A DNA stretch of 58,291 bases, counting the filler, from Sluysia triapertura (lineage: Eukaryota): assembly GCA_046118255.1 (NCBI GenBank). It is 4 parts of 4 records of this genome, joined end to end, with 100 filler letters (N's around TTAATTAATTAA, not from the genome) between each part and the next. Parts side by side here need not be neighbours in the genome. Positions count along the whole stretch, not along the records: positions 1 to 13,857 come from JBJNIA010016525.1; 3 more parts are not named here. One strand, given 5' to 3'. The notes beneath the pieces were generated by a model. The model did no database searches and was not told the origin of the DNA. It saw only the letters and a program-made list of their open reading frames with translations. The first letter of the stretch is position 1. The number at the start of each line of letters is the position of its first letter. A program made the translations under genes and the position numbers. This document shows, one piece after another, positions 1-13,857 of the stretch.

Positions 1-1013
1 GTTGTAAGACGCTTACTGTAACCGAACCCTGCTAAAAAATATTTTGCCGTAGGTTAAGTATTAGAAAAACCACAGCATAAGCTACGTGTTAAGAAAGATC
101 TAGTTAATTTATAAAGTTAGTAAAGATTATAACAAAGAACCTCCAATATTTATCTTTTGTTAAAGCTGCAAAACATCTATGTGTATCATAGAGTACTCAC
201 ATTAAGATAAGTAGTAATTTAATTTAATTAATTTTCATAACCAAAATTTATACATAAAACAAATACAATTAAAATAAAACTACGGTAAATTTATAAAATT
301 CGAAAAAACAATTATTAATAAATTTATAAATAATAAAATTATAATAATGATAAAAGTTGAATTATAATAAAGGTCTAGCCGTTATAATGATTTTATACTT
401 GACCTTAAGGGCCAACTAAATAGTAGTGAATTTATATTTTAAATTGATTTTGTGATTGGACTTAAGGACCAACCGTAAAATTAGTATTTTACATGTAGAT
501 TTTAACTCACTGTGAGTTTGCAAGCTACGTAGAACAAACTTACGAATTAATTAATAATGAATGCTCGTGTTCTCCGATTGTCCTTTCTTTTACATAAGTT
601 GATTGCTTGAGAATGAAAAATCGTATCCCTCTAATCGTAGACGGGGATACGATATCGTTGACTGAATAATGCACTTGAAAATTACTGGAGCCCACAGAAA
701 AGGATCAGATGCTGGGACGTTAAATTGTTGATTTTACTGACGAAGTTTGACTCAAACCCAAATAAGATGTATGATTCAAAATGATGTAGTATAATTTGTG
801 TTTTCTTTATTTTTATGTCTGTATTTATATACGCATAAAGACATATTTTAAATTTTAATTTACTTAAACAATTTTTTATTTTCGATTATTCTTTTGAATT
901 CTTTTTTAATTTACAATAATTAGAAGAAGAATTTTTTAAATAATAATAATTTAATAATTTTTTTACAATAAAATATAAAAATTAAAAATATAAAATTTTT
1001 GTACAACATTACA
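1..1013 (-). mobile_element. Terminal ~1 kb of a structured non-coding repeat (possible LTR/LARD-like element); homologous to 44610-45821
   Basis: Shares colinear blocks with 44610-45821: aaaaaatatt(c)tttgcc, ggtctagcc, gattttgtgattgg..cttaa..gaccaacc, tagtattttac, aacttacg.attaat, tatccctctaatcgtag, agacat. Both copies end in ...ttACA, i.e. TGTAA on the minus strand. A minus-strand TATATAAATA lies at ~822-831. Confidence 0.75.
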
Positions 1014-4000
1014 ATATGGTTGCTGTAAGTGACTATTTATAAGAACAGTTAATTTACAATTCTGATGATTAATTGCACTGAATATAACTATATATTAGAT
1101 TAGTAATTAAAAGTGTTATGAAGAATCAGTTAGACATTGCATTTTATAAATAGTTAGTTTTCATAAATAGTTAGTTAGTCTTAAGTCATGTACTGCTGAA
1201 ATTTATTTTGTCATAGGTTCAGAGTTAAAAAAACCACAACAGTATACTCTAGATGAATCCATACTAATCACAATAATAATCATATATATATATATATATA
1301 TTAAAAATGCATTTTTCTTAATCATGAATAAAAATATAAAATTATATTTATTTCAATAAAAATTCTAAATATTATTATTCATTAAGGCAATCCCTATTTT
1401 ATTTTATTTTACTTATAGCCATAATGCAAATATAAATTTATTGATATAAAATATCATTTATTTTTGTTATGACATATTATATTTCAACCTATCTCTCAAA
1501 AAATCTAATGTTGACTTTATACAAAACACCAGTATATAATATTACACAGAAACACAAATCAATACTGTTTATACATCCACTAACTCAATTGAGTAAGCAT
1601 TTGCAAACTCTTAATGACCTACGATTTAAAACAAACAAATATGTCATTTAACACTGGTTATTCTTTTTAAACAATAAATGTAGAAAAGTACAACCAGAAA
1701 CACAAAAAATGATTGTTTTGTTCGGTTTTAATAAACAATATTTCCTTAACAATGATTTATGAAAATCTTGCAATAACGTGTCTACAAAATCAATTAGGTA
1801 AAAATAATTAAATAGTAATTACAAACAAGCACAACGAGTACAAATAATACATAGTTTAATCCTAAGTCAGTAACTAAAATATTTAAAATCATATTACTAG
1901 ATTTAAATATTTGAAATTTTGTAGGATTGTGCTTGATATTTCTACTTTTTACATTACTTATATTGTAAAATAATAATTTATTGCAACATATTTATAAAAA
2001 GATAATATAAAACTCTGATAATTTAGAATAATAGAAACAATTTGGACACGTGTGTTAAAATAATTTGTGTAACGCGTTTATTATCTATAAATAAATAGTT
2101 CGAAGAATAACAAACTATCATTTTTTAAAAACAAGATATTAGATAATGTATAATTACATAATATATAGGAATCGTTTCTAGGCTCTTTATAATAATGCTG
2201 GTGAAAATGTAAATACTACTTAGTAAATAGTAAAATTTTACTATGGACAAATTCTCTTTGAAAATTGATATGACGATCCTATTTTTGACCTATTTAATTA
2301 CTAACATGTGAAACTTTACTCGAAAGTCTATTAATGAGTTGTTTTGATTGCGACTTCGATAATTTACAAAATGAAATGTTTATGACTACAAAAAATAACT
2401 TAATCGTTCGCTCCTATTTACTGTTACTAGGCTTATCATTTTTCATAAATTATATTGTTGATCAGAAACGTCAGATGATTTTGCTAAACTCCAGACAATG
2501 TTTAAATATAACAATTGTGCACATCAACTTTTTGTCTGACATCCATTTTTTACGAAAATATGTATCACAATATTTCAAAATATATCATTCAAGTTACGAT
2601 AATTGCGCTTTATTTTACGATTACAACATTGATGGTAATTATTTAATTTTGTTAACATTAATTTTTCCATTAACGGATATCCTGTTATACAAAAAATATC
2701 ATGTAAACACTAAATAAACAAAATGATAAGGAACATGAAAAAATAAATTTAATTAACAATTACTAAATATAAATTTTGTTCATATTTTAGTATTAGTTGG
2801 CAGTGTTTAGTGTGACTTATCTGTGCTGTGCATAAAAATTGTTTGTAAATAGCAGTATTGGTATTATATAAAAGTAGTGCACATTTTTGTAACATACACA
2901 TTTCGATTATCCCTAAAATATAAAAATTTTAATTTGATATGCTAAATTCGTTTCCTGTTTTCAAATGCATGCATAGTTTTGACTGGATACATTTTGTGTT
3001 AAACATAAGTGTATATATCACTTTTGTTTATAAAGGATAGAAACAATTTATCGAAAACGGAAGGCATCATATTTTCATTTCGTAATTTTTAGACTTAGAA
3101 ATGAATGTTTTTTATTGTTACTAATACTATTTTTGTGTAATATAAAATGTTTGAAAATAAAGCTAAGTTACAATTTATATTTTCATTTAAATAACTATAA
3201 ATTGATCAAAATTTCTCATATAAATTATACTTTTTGAAAATGTATTGTTTAATAAGGTTAAATTGATTTGCATCGATGTACGGTATTGTTTATTATTGAA
3301 AATTTAATTTGGATATAGTTACCAAATACAATATTATCGGATTTCACAAAGTCCTAATTTGTGAATGAACATTTGCAATTTAAATAACAAAGATGTTAAT
3401 AATTTAATACATTAATATTTGTTATCATGATCATTAAATAGAAATTATCAAAATATACTAATTTGTAAAAATTATATTTAAATGGCACTAACTTGTATTT
3501 TGAGTGCTATATAGACTATCAAATAATATAGATTAATTAACAGATTTTTATCACATTGCTATACTAAATATTATATCAGTTAATCTTTTCGGTTTTTGAC
3601 AAGAAGGAAATTGAATTGGTCTCTCTTAACATTTCCCTCTCTCATTTCAAAATAACTTTTTTAAGTTAAATTTAATGTTATTTAATTTCTTAGAAGTTAA
3701 TAATTTTAGCAATTGGTTTAATATCTAATTTTTAGTGTAAACAGTCATAAATAATTTTATTTCTTTATTTAAATCACATGGCAATCAAAGGTTTTTAAGA
3801 ATTACCTCACTTATATTTAATCTAAATTAAGATGTTCTTTTGTCTTGAGTTCATTTGAATATATGTTCCGAGTAGCCTGCAGTGAGGGGCTAAAACCCTG
3901 CAGATTTAGTTAATATGATGTGCGGGTTTAATATTAACCGATGAGGTTTAATGTAAAGCGCTTCCTTGATGTAGATATTAATTTCGATCTAGGTTATAAG

Positions 4001-7000
4001 ATTTAGAATTCTTGTAGTTCTCACTCAAAATTGAATATTTCAATGTCGACTTAAGTTTAGACTTAAATCCAAAATTCTAGAGTTCAATAATTTATACTTA
4101 CTTCCTATACTTAAAATTGAGTTACAAATTGTGAAAATTGTATAGTTGTTATAATAAAACTTGATTATTATATGTTAAACAATTTCTTTCTAGTTATAAT
4201 ATGTAGAAATATATCTAAGGTAGATTGTTTTTATGTTTGTATAGAAATAGCTTTTTTGTTATTTTCGTGAAATATCTGTGATACTGTGACTTACTCACTG
4301 AAGGGCCAGCACATGGATTTGCAGCGTTGAGATATTAAAACTAGAGGTAAATATATACAATTAGTTCTGTGTAACTTTTTGCCACAATTAATATTATAAC
4401 AAATAACTTTTCGAGTAATTTTATTCACAAATTAAATATTGATGATACAATTAATCAAACGATATTAAACAGTAAATGTTAATTATTGATAGTATAATTG
4501 ACTACAGTAAAATCGAAATATATCAAAATGTCTATGATAAAATTGTTAGTATAATTATAATAAAACGAAATGATATTAAAAGAAAGTTTATTTAAGAAAA
4601 TTGTATTATTATGACTTTATATTCAATGTCAAAAATTTAAATATACAATCAATTAATATTCAGAGTCAAACAAAAATTCAATTAATACGTAATAAAAAAG
4701 AAAATTAAAATTTTAATCAATATTAATATATACTAATATTGAGGTAAAAATTTTTTCCTTTTATAACAGTTTATGTTGTACTAAATTTTTCAAAAGTTTA
4801 ATTAAAATCTAAGTGCATTTTATTAAATAATTAAATTTTTCTTAATAATGATGACAAAATTGCTTTTAATAAAATTTTCAATTCAAACAAATGATTCTTT
4901 TCAAATAATAGCTGCGTATTGGAAGAGAAATCTTTAGATACTAATTTCTTTAATTCAAAAATTTCTTCTTTAAATAATAATTTCGTTAATTCAAATAGTG
5001 ACTGTGTATTATAAAAGAATTGTGATTCTAATTTTAATCTACTTCTTGCTAAATTTAAAATATGAAACTTTACTGTTAAAACTTCTGACTTTGTAAACTC
5101 TATTTATGGATTTTTTAATGTCACAATCATAACTTTAAACAAATTTAATAATAATAAATTTTTAATAATATTATTTAATATAATAATAATAATTTTATTT
5201 TAATAAATGGTAAATTTTTTTCATCTTTAATTCATTAAAATTGCATAAAAATATATTAAAAATAATTTATAAAATTAAATACCTTCACACATTAAATATG
5301 AAATATTTTTAATACATAAGAATATATTACAGATAATTTATGAAATTAAAACCTTTACATTTTTGAATATTAAAATATTAGCATACTTTATTTATTAAAT
5401 CAGACATTACAGAAGCATTTTATTTACAATCATTGAATATTACGTTGTTGGTTTTCAACAAAATCCTATTTTTCAAGTACATATGTTTCCTAACTTTAAA
5501 TTTATAAATTTACTGTCATAAATCTTTTAATCTCTCTCTCTATATACAAATAATGTTGATATTACCAATATATTTTATTGTATATATTACAATTTCTGCT
5601 CAGTAATAATGTTATTCATTTTATGCATATATCCCCTGAACGTTTAAATAAGGATAAAAATAAGGGAGATTAAAAAACATAGTTTTAATTTACTGTACAC
5701 TTCAGTTTAAAATGACGCTAAATTATTAATTTTAACGTTCTGATATATAAGGACTAAAATTCATTTGTTAAATTAACCTAGTTAATACTATAAATCTAAT
5801 TTTTAGGGAGTTGTAAATTCAACACTAATCCAATAAGGAAGATATATTTTTCACAAACATATTTCAGCAGTTATTGTAGACATAAATCCTTGAGCTAGGT
5901 ACAATTTAATTTTCATAAATTACTTAATTGTATTGCATTTAAATCCTATCAACGAGCGCTTCATTGTGTTAAACTCGCATCACAAGCGAACTTTTTAATA
6001 AGTTTTTAAGACCAATTATGATTGTAGGTTTTACACAGATATTGTAAATATTATTGAAAATAAAATTGCATTACCTTACTTTACAATACCAAACATCAAA
6101 GGTACTTAGAAACACCTTTAAACAAGTAGGAAGTTAGAAATTAGCAAATATGTATGTCGAAAAAAGGCAAGATTCATTTACATTTAATTAGTTTCCAGAA
6201 AATATCACAAATCAAACGTATATGTCAATAAAATATGTAAAAGCTGTTAAGATTAACTAGGAAGGCAGATATAAATGAATCAAATGCATAGTTAGAATTA
6301 TTATAATACAGAGTAAAAGTATCCTACCAAAACGATAATGTATACTCTAATAAACTATTATAATATATATGGATTATTGTAGAATTAAATTCGTTGGAAA
6401 GTAAAATATTGATTAGAGAAAGCTGATTTTAAAGGTCTCATGTGATGAAACTTAAATAGTTATTGGTCATAATAATTCGTGAACAAGGAAAATGATATTC
6501 ATGTTTTAATAAAGATAAATTTTTTAAAGTTAATCTTTTGTCAATTTTGTAAAATTTCTAACCACTTTTATAAATCAAAGTAATAAAACAACAAATTATT
6601 TATTACACGTTTATATAATACAAATTTTTACGTAACAGTTACAATTCATTAGTTTTATGAAAGCATGAGTCATAAACCAATACATAATGATTATTTATTT
6701 TACTTTTACTTACATATACTCATTACGCTTATAATCATTCACACACTACACAAAAAATATAAATTTAATTTTTATTATTTCATGTATATATATTGATTTT
6801 TTAACATTACAATTAGCATTAAACTTGTAATTCCTAAATTATTTTAAATTTATAAAACGGAAACTTTTTTTCATATTTATACAATTATCACAATCCAATT
6901 AACAAAATTTATTTCATCTCATTTTAAATATATTTAATGAAAAAATTGTATATCAGTTTTAGATAACTGAATTTATGAGTCATTTATAATAAAAACAACG

Positions 7001-7255
7001 ATGAGTCATCAATTTGACATTTAAATTAATATGAATTCGATTATTATGGATTTTATTATTCAGTCAATTTTGAATTTTCATTCAAAATATGAATTAATTT
7101 CGTTTGTTTAAGCGAAATATGTACTCAAATAATGGTAAAAGTATTTATAAATGAAGTGTATAGAAAAGTGACACAATAATGAAATCAAATTGATAAATAT
7201 TGGTCAATAAAATATTAAGATTTTAATTGGAAGAAAATATTTGAATAATGAAAAT

Positions 7256-7471
7256 CAGAGCCGTAACTTGGCTGATGCAACTTGTGCACCCGCACAGGGC
7301 CCAGGTCTGAGGGGGTCCTTATAGGGCAGACGAATGAATACATGTGCTCCGCTCAAAATTTATGTATGTTGACGACATTCTTATAATCGTTTTCTAATCC
7401 ATGAATTTGCTGTTTGGGGTCCAGAATTTAATATGTTGAACAGGGCCTGTCAGTGGCTAGTTAAAGTACTG
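7256..7471. mobile_element. hAT-type MITE
   Basis: GC-rich insert with degenerate TIRs cagagccgtaact / agttaaagtactg and subterminal cagggcc motifs. 8-bp TSD atgaaaat (7248-7255) / atgtaaat (7472-7479). Confidence 0.75.
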
Positions 7472-8044
7472 ATGTAAATATTTGAATTAGAAAATATATC
7501 TAAATGTTAGGTTCTATAAATGAGGTTAAAGGATGAGGTGTAAAAAGAGTGTCATTAGTTTGCAATATAAAGAAACACATTGGTGGCAAATACTGATTGA
7601 ATCTTTTATTTATCTTTTTTTTAGCATTTACCTAAATTTTGTTTTGTCGTGGTTAAGTAAATCTTTAGCCATTATTAATTGGCTACTAAGATTTGTGTAT
7701 GTTGGAATGTTATATTTTTGGTAACTTACATTAATTTATTGAGCTTTTGCACTGAGTGATTATTGACTTTGTATTGAGTTTTATGGAAAAGTAGTTACTG
7801 AATTTTGATATTGTGATAAAGTTGAATATGTTGCTATTCGAATTTGTTTTATTTTGTTATAGAGTTATTTTGTAGAAAGTACTACGTAAAAAATTATCTG
7901 TAAGTGTATAATTTCGAATCAGTATTTGGTTATATTCTTCTCGTTATTGTGTATACTTCTGTATGACATAGATCTATCTCTACTTTATAATCTATCCATA
8001 ATACAGATAGGTGCTTAAATTCATTTACATAATAATAATTTCAG

Positions 8045-8174
8045 GCGAAGGCAGTATTCGAATATATATTCGTGGTCGTCCAGTTAATCTTTATGTTCCA
8101 CCGGATATGAAAGAAACTATTGATGTCAAGAATAGTCAACCCATGCCCGATGAAAACATGAAAATGGAATGGGT
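8045..8174 (+). CDS. Internal exon of echinoderm microtubule-associated protein-like (EML/EMAP) gene, HELP motif
   Basis: Flanked by ttcag and gtaagt. Encodes EGSIRIYIRGRPVNLYVPPDMKETIDVKNSQPMPDENMKMEWV, matching the EML HELP region (G.VKMF.RGRPITM..P...LKLEWV), with the intron falling inside the Val codon. Confidence 0.9.
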
Positions 8175-8480
8175 GTAAGTATTTGATAAATTTACAGTTT
8201 TGTTCATTTTCTTTATTTTTTATCTTACAAAAACATCACAGTCGTTATTTTTGGAATTGCATAAGAAATATTTTTGAATTATTTTTATTATTTAAAGATT
8301 GTAGTTTAAAATTAAATCTATGTTGATAAATTAATTGTTTCGTTTTATTTATTTTTGATACAATTAAACATTGAGAATCTATAAATTCTGTGGTCTTACA
8401 ACTTAAATTTGATTTTTTATTACAATGAATCACGAAGCAAAAATTTTTATTAGGATAAACAAAAAATTTAAAATTTGAAT

Positions 8481-9857
8481 TTAAATTTTGTTTTTCTTTA
8501 ATGCTTTCCCGAGCATATTTCGTTTTCGATCTTCCAAAGGTACTAAAGAAAATATAGGATATAAGTGATCAGCAATAATAGTAATGATATTAATAACATC
8601 AAAAATTGTAATTACTTTTAAGTAATGTTCGTAGACGAAGTAATCTGGAACTACCACGGAGAATAACATTGATGAAGTGTTCGCAGTAGGATAACTTCTG
8701 AGCAGACTTGTGTCCGTGATTACGAGAACTTGTCATCGAGGATTGAGCCTAGTTATAGAATCGATTATTAGATTACTCTAGATTAATTGTTCTTGACTTG
8801 ACAATAATATTTTAGCACTGAATGGCTGTTGCGCTTGATTTGTTGGTTCCGAATTACTGTCTCTATTTGATCGTTTCCCAAGATCATTTCGCCATTTCAC
8901 AAAAAAACTTATCAAGGCTCATGTAACTTGAGAGTTTTCTTCTTCAGAAGAATCATCATTCCAACTTCTAGTTAATTCTTTATTTAACTTCTTTGGACAT
9001 AATACTGGGTAAAGATTGAAAATATTAACTGGATCTGTTGATATAATGAATGATTTTTCAAATTGTCTGTTTTTGAACAACATTCTTACATACTGACAAA
9101 TAATTTTAGAAGTTACTATCATGTCTTCAACAACTAGGTATTCTGTTTTAGCTAACATTAAAGTTAACTCGATTTTCTCATTCTGCGAATAAGCTTGAAC
9201 TAATCTTGAAGTATCAACTAAAACGTATATTTTATGATTTTCTAACAACACATACATTCGATCACTATAACGACAAATACAATTGCAATTATTGTCTAAA
9301 CTTAAAGTTTGCATGAGTATTGATGGTGAAGGGAACCACTTCAAAGTTCCATCATTCGATACACTAACATTTTTATCTATAAATTCAACAGGTTCATCGA
9401 TTTTAATGCCAAGAAATTCTGACATTTGGAAGACTAAAGGTTCTTGGCTTTTACCAACATTACATAAAAATTGATTACATAATGTTGAAAAGTAAACGAA
9501 AAAAATATTCTGTTTGTGTTCCAAATAAAACTAAATCGTGAAAGGATTTAATACATTCAGGTGCACCAAGAATTCGAAACTCATCATGAAATTCATTTTC
9601 TATTTATCTTTATTCCAATGACAAATAATTAATTTTACTTTAGAAGAAATACGAATTCGGACTAATTGTTTTTGGTTAGCTTTACTAACGTTAATCGTTG
9701 ATTGTGGTAGTACATTGTTATTTAGTTGGTGATAATTTGCTTCTGAGTGCGATTTCTTATGAGATGTATCAAGAGATAATTCTCGGATATTGTAAGAATA
9801 ATTAGAAATGCTTTTTATATTATCAATGATGGAATTAACTCTATGATCATATGTTCT
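8481..9857 (-). pseudogene. Frameshifted/stop-interrupted gene of unknown family, antisense within the presumed EML intron
   Basis: 201-aa ORF 8919-9524 plus coding-like segments upstream (RTYDHRVNSIIDNIK..., IENEFHDEFRILGAPECIKSFHDLVLF) and downstream (...MLFSVVVPDYFVYEHY) in shifted frames. Confidence 0.5.
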
Positions 9858-10767
9858 ATATATAAATATTTTGTTGTCACAAAGAACAAGACACGATACA
9901 TAAGAATAGGTTTCTTATGAAAATCTTTTAGCATAAAAATCTTTGTTTTTAGCATAAAACAAAAATCTGAAACAACTTTTTTCTCAATTTTCTGGTATTA
10001 ATGATAAATTACTAATTACATTACATGAAACCTTCACAATTATATGACATTTCAAATCGTGCAGCAATAAATTAGTATCATAAATTTTAAAAATGTGATC
10101 AGCTTTCTAAAAATCTTAACAATGATTATTCTAATTTTTTGATGTGATTTTTGCCAGTCATTCTCATTGGTTGTTGAACTAGAAAAGTAGATATAGTGAC
10201 AAGAGCCACAACCAATGATTGCGTTGAAAATTTTATTTTTGTTGAAGACAACAAATTGAACATACGAATTAATAGTGTCATCATTGATAGTGGTAGTTAC
10301 TAAAATTAATGAAATTAATAAAGTTGATAATACAAATAGTGTCGAGTTGAAAATGATAATAATAATAATAAAAATCAAATTAAAAAACATAAATATTCTT
10401 TATTTCTATAAACATGATCTATTTCTTCTATTTCTTTTATTTCTTACATATATTTGAAGCTCTTAAAATGGTTGAATATTAAAGAATTGTGAACTTGAAA
10501 TGTTTTGGATTACTTCTACAGTTATGAAATTGTGAATACAATGTTTTGGTTAAAGTTGATTGTATGTTGATGATTTTGAATGAAGAGATGATTTTAATGT
10601 TGTAACTTTATAATTAAGAAGTTTTTGAGATGAACTTTACTTGTAGATTAATGGTTTTACTAAAGATACAGTTTGGATGTTGAAAACCTATGGACTTAAG
10701 TGTTTTGAGATAATACACAGATGTTTTATATGAATTTTTAAATATACATTTGTTAGACTTCGTAAAA

Positions 10768-10840
10768 TGGACTGACCGGGGATCGAACCCGGGACCATCG
10801 TCTGCGCAGTCCGACTGCTCTACCACTGAGCTATCAGCCC
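10768..10840 (-). tRNA. tRNA-like gene with Ala acceptor identity (G3:U70, A73) and non-canonical anticodon arm
   Basis: GGGCTGA TA GCTC AGTGGTA GAGC AGTCGGACTGCGCAGACGATGGTC CCGGG TTCGATC CCCGG TCAGTCC A followed by TTTT. Acceptor, D and T arms pair fully; the anticodon/variable region is one nt too long and mispaired. Confidence 0.85.
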
Positions 10841-13192
10841 TGTCTAACAATTTCATTTTCAATATATTCAATTATACTACTTGGCAATTTTATGCCTTTT
10901 ACCCCAACACATTGATGTTTTTGAATGAAAGTAAGGTTTGGATGTTAGAAGATTGTGACTTGAAAATGTATTGGATCTGAAGGAAATAAATTGTAGCCCA
11001 GGTTTTGGTGCATTCTAAAAGGTAGTTGTGCGATTTTGATAAATATGATTATGATTATATTGATATATAACTATGTTTTTAATGAATTTTTAAAATGTAC
11101 ATTATTAATTCTGAAAGTGAATATGGTTTTGATGTGATGATACAAAAAAAATTTGTAACAGTTATAGGTTGTACAATAGATTAATACAACTTTATTCTAA
11201 ATTAAATTCTTTCATTTACATTTACTTATCTTTTATTTTTATTGAGATTTTTTAATTTTTAAAATTTCCAAACAACAATAATCGTGGTTTTCGAAATGTA
11301 TGTATTTACTACAACTGTTCTTTATTATTTATTAATTGTTTTATTTGGAATTATAAAAGAGAAATGATTTGCAGAACTAAAATTATCCAAAGAGCATACT
11401 TTCAATAAAAGTTGTTTGGAAATGTGATAAAATTATTTTCTTCATAATCTTTTAGTGATTTGGCATTCATTGGTAGTTGAAACAGTACATAATCTGCACA
11501 TATTTTATATATTCTTTATATATCATTATTATATTTTAGAAATATTTGCAAGAAGCATTAACAATAATATATTTTATAATTTTAATATTTATAAATATAA
11601 TAATAATTTTCTCAAATAACCAATTTCTGATGATTTCAAAATAAATCAATACATTATAAATATTAATCGATAAATATATTTATCGACAACACTGACAAAA
11701 ATAGACAACATTTAAAACACACAACTGTACTTACATATTGACTCGAATTAGTTTTGAGGATTATACGTTATATCTAATTTTAGTAACTGAATTGATTTTA
11801 TGTTTGTCAATTACATCATTTGTTAGAAACATTATTTTCGTTATTATTTTAATATATGTAAATAATAATTTGTTTTAATAATGTTAAATTATTAAAAAAA
11901 AACTTAAGAATTACTTCGTTTTTGTACAGTAGCAGTCATTCACAATTTCTGGCTTTATTATTAATAATTAAATTTTAAAAATAGTAATAAGATGATTTAT
12001 TTAGTGACAGTTTGAAAAAATTAATTGCCATAACTAATAATATAGACTATAATAGACTCAATTTTATACAAAAAATTCAAAAATTATAATTATATCATCA
12101 GTCGACAAGAATAATTTTTCAATTAATAAATAACATGTGTAATATCTTATCTAAAAGAATTATATTGTTTACTGTTGAAAGAAATCCATAAATCTTTAAA
12201 TGTTTACGTTATGAAATAACTTTCATAACGTAAAATTATATTATAACGTAATATAACGTAAAATTATAACGTAATTCTGAAACCAAAATTAATATCAATT
12301 ATATCGAATAATATCAATTTTTATTTTCAAGAGATAATCAGAACTTCAAAAACATAAGCATTTATAGATCAATGTCTTAATTTTAAGTTCTATTTTGGTT
12401 TTTATTGGAAGTATTGTGTTACGCGACTGTTGAAATAATTTAAATAATATTATTTTGTTTTTGTTGGAATCATTCTACTCATTATAAACGCAAATCAAAA
12501 TGGTATAATATTAATATAAATAATAAATTATTAATAATAATTATTATTTAATTTTGACAATTTGTTTAAGTGGATTTAATAAATTTATGCATTTTTGATT
12601 TATCCTTTCAAGATTCTGCTTTCGATAAGAAATAAAAGAGTTATTGAAATATTCATATTGTATACTGAAGTCTGTAATTTAATACAAATTATTTAACTGT
12701 CACAATGTATTACTTTTTTCTTATTATATGTGCCAACACATTTCTAATCACTTGAATATTGTCGACTATTATTTTGTTAATAAATATCGTATGACAAGAC
12801 TGTACCAAGTAATTTTATGTGTGACATATGGGAATTTGCAAAGTATATTGTTAAATCTATATTGTTTTCATTTTTTAATTTCAAGAACTCAATAATAAAT
12901 ATAAATTTATAAATATATTACAAATTTGTTTATAATTTCCGCGAACTTAGGATTCACGGAACAACGTATATAGCATATTTTATTTACATATTATACAAAT
13001 CAATAACTTAAACGTCATTAAATTTTAAGGAGAATCCAAATATTCGGTTATGTTTTATTATAAGCAATGTCGTCAAGGATGAAATTTATAGAAAACAAGC
13101 AAGGTTGGAATTGTTATAATAATCAAAGTATGCCTCCACATTATCTAAACACATTTGCCACTTAAGCGGCAGGTTGTTCGAGCCAATGGTAT

Positions 13193-13857
13193 TGTTGTGT
13201 CTTTTATACTTTTTATTTTACAAATTATTAATAAAAACCCGATAATTAAACAACTTCAGAATCTCGATATATTCTTTGAATAATCAAAAATTACAATTTA
13301 ATAGATAACAATTATTCTTTATGACAACGACAATACAAACTACTCTTTATAACAAAATACACATTATTCTTTATAACAAAATTGCAAATTACTCTCTATA
13401 ACAACGTAAATTAATCTTTAAAAACAAGTTAAAAAGCCAGAGGTGACACAACTTAAATCTTTGCACCCGACTTAATGCAAAATATAATCAATACGAAACA
13501 GATCACTAACAGATCCTCTAACTCTAAATGTTTATATTAATCAGTTACTAAAGAATAAGCCCTGATATCACCGTTAACCACAGATGTATCAAGGCAGCGT
13601 CCTTCAGCTAGAAAGTTTTGATATTTCACTTTAATTCTTATCTCTGTCGATTTTTATTTCTAATTTTATGCAAAAATGTAACAGCTTATATAGCAGTTTT
13701 ATGATGCTGTTGGAAATTAAAATCAAGAATTGAACAAGAAGGAAATTAAATCCGTCTATTCTCTTTTAGTCGGCAATAAGCGACTAATTTTACTGATTGA
13801 ATTTCGGCAGTAATTTCCGTCTATGTTCAAATTCAATCTAATTTTAATTATCTAATG
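13193..13857 (-). mobile_element. Putative LTR (partial, cut by contig end)
   Basis: On the minus strand: TATA-like ctatataagc (~13684-13693), an aataaa-like signal near 13215 and terminal ...gacacaACA. Contains an internal ~25-bp minisatellite and shares acaagaaggaaatt with ~3598. Confidence 0.35.
13309..13428. repeat. Degenerate ~25-bp minisatellite (ttattctttataacaa core, ~5 units)
   Basis: Successive units ttattctttatgacaa / ctactctttataacaa / ttattctttataacaa / ttactctctataacaa / ttaatctttaaaaacaa. Confidence 0.7.

Noticed and set aside
455-472. tRNA-Tyr primer-binding site (TGGTCCTT on the minus strand) as in BEL/Pao elements
   Set aside because: The match is only 8 nt, is not directly preceded by an LTR-terminal CA, and is altered in the second copy. 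It is better explained as a hairpin.
737-785. Hammerhead ribozyme: CTGACGA here and CTGATGA at the roughly homologous site ~45428, followed here by a gtttga/tcaaac stem
   Set aside because: There is no GAAA after stem II (caaa instead) and no convincing stem III in either copy. At best it is a dead relic.
10614-10980. ORFs overlapping the tRNA-like gene
   Set aside because: They are by-products of the GC-rich tRNA sequence.
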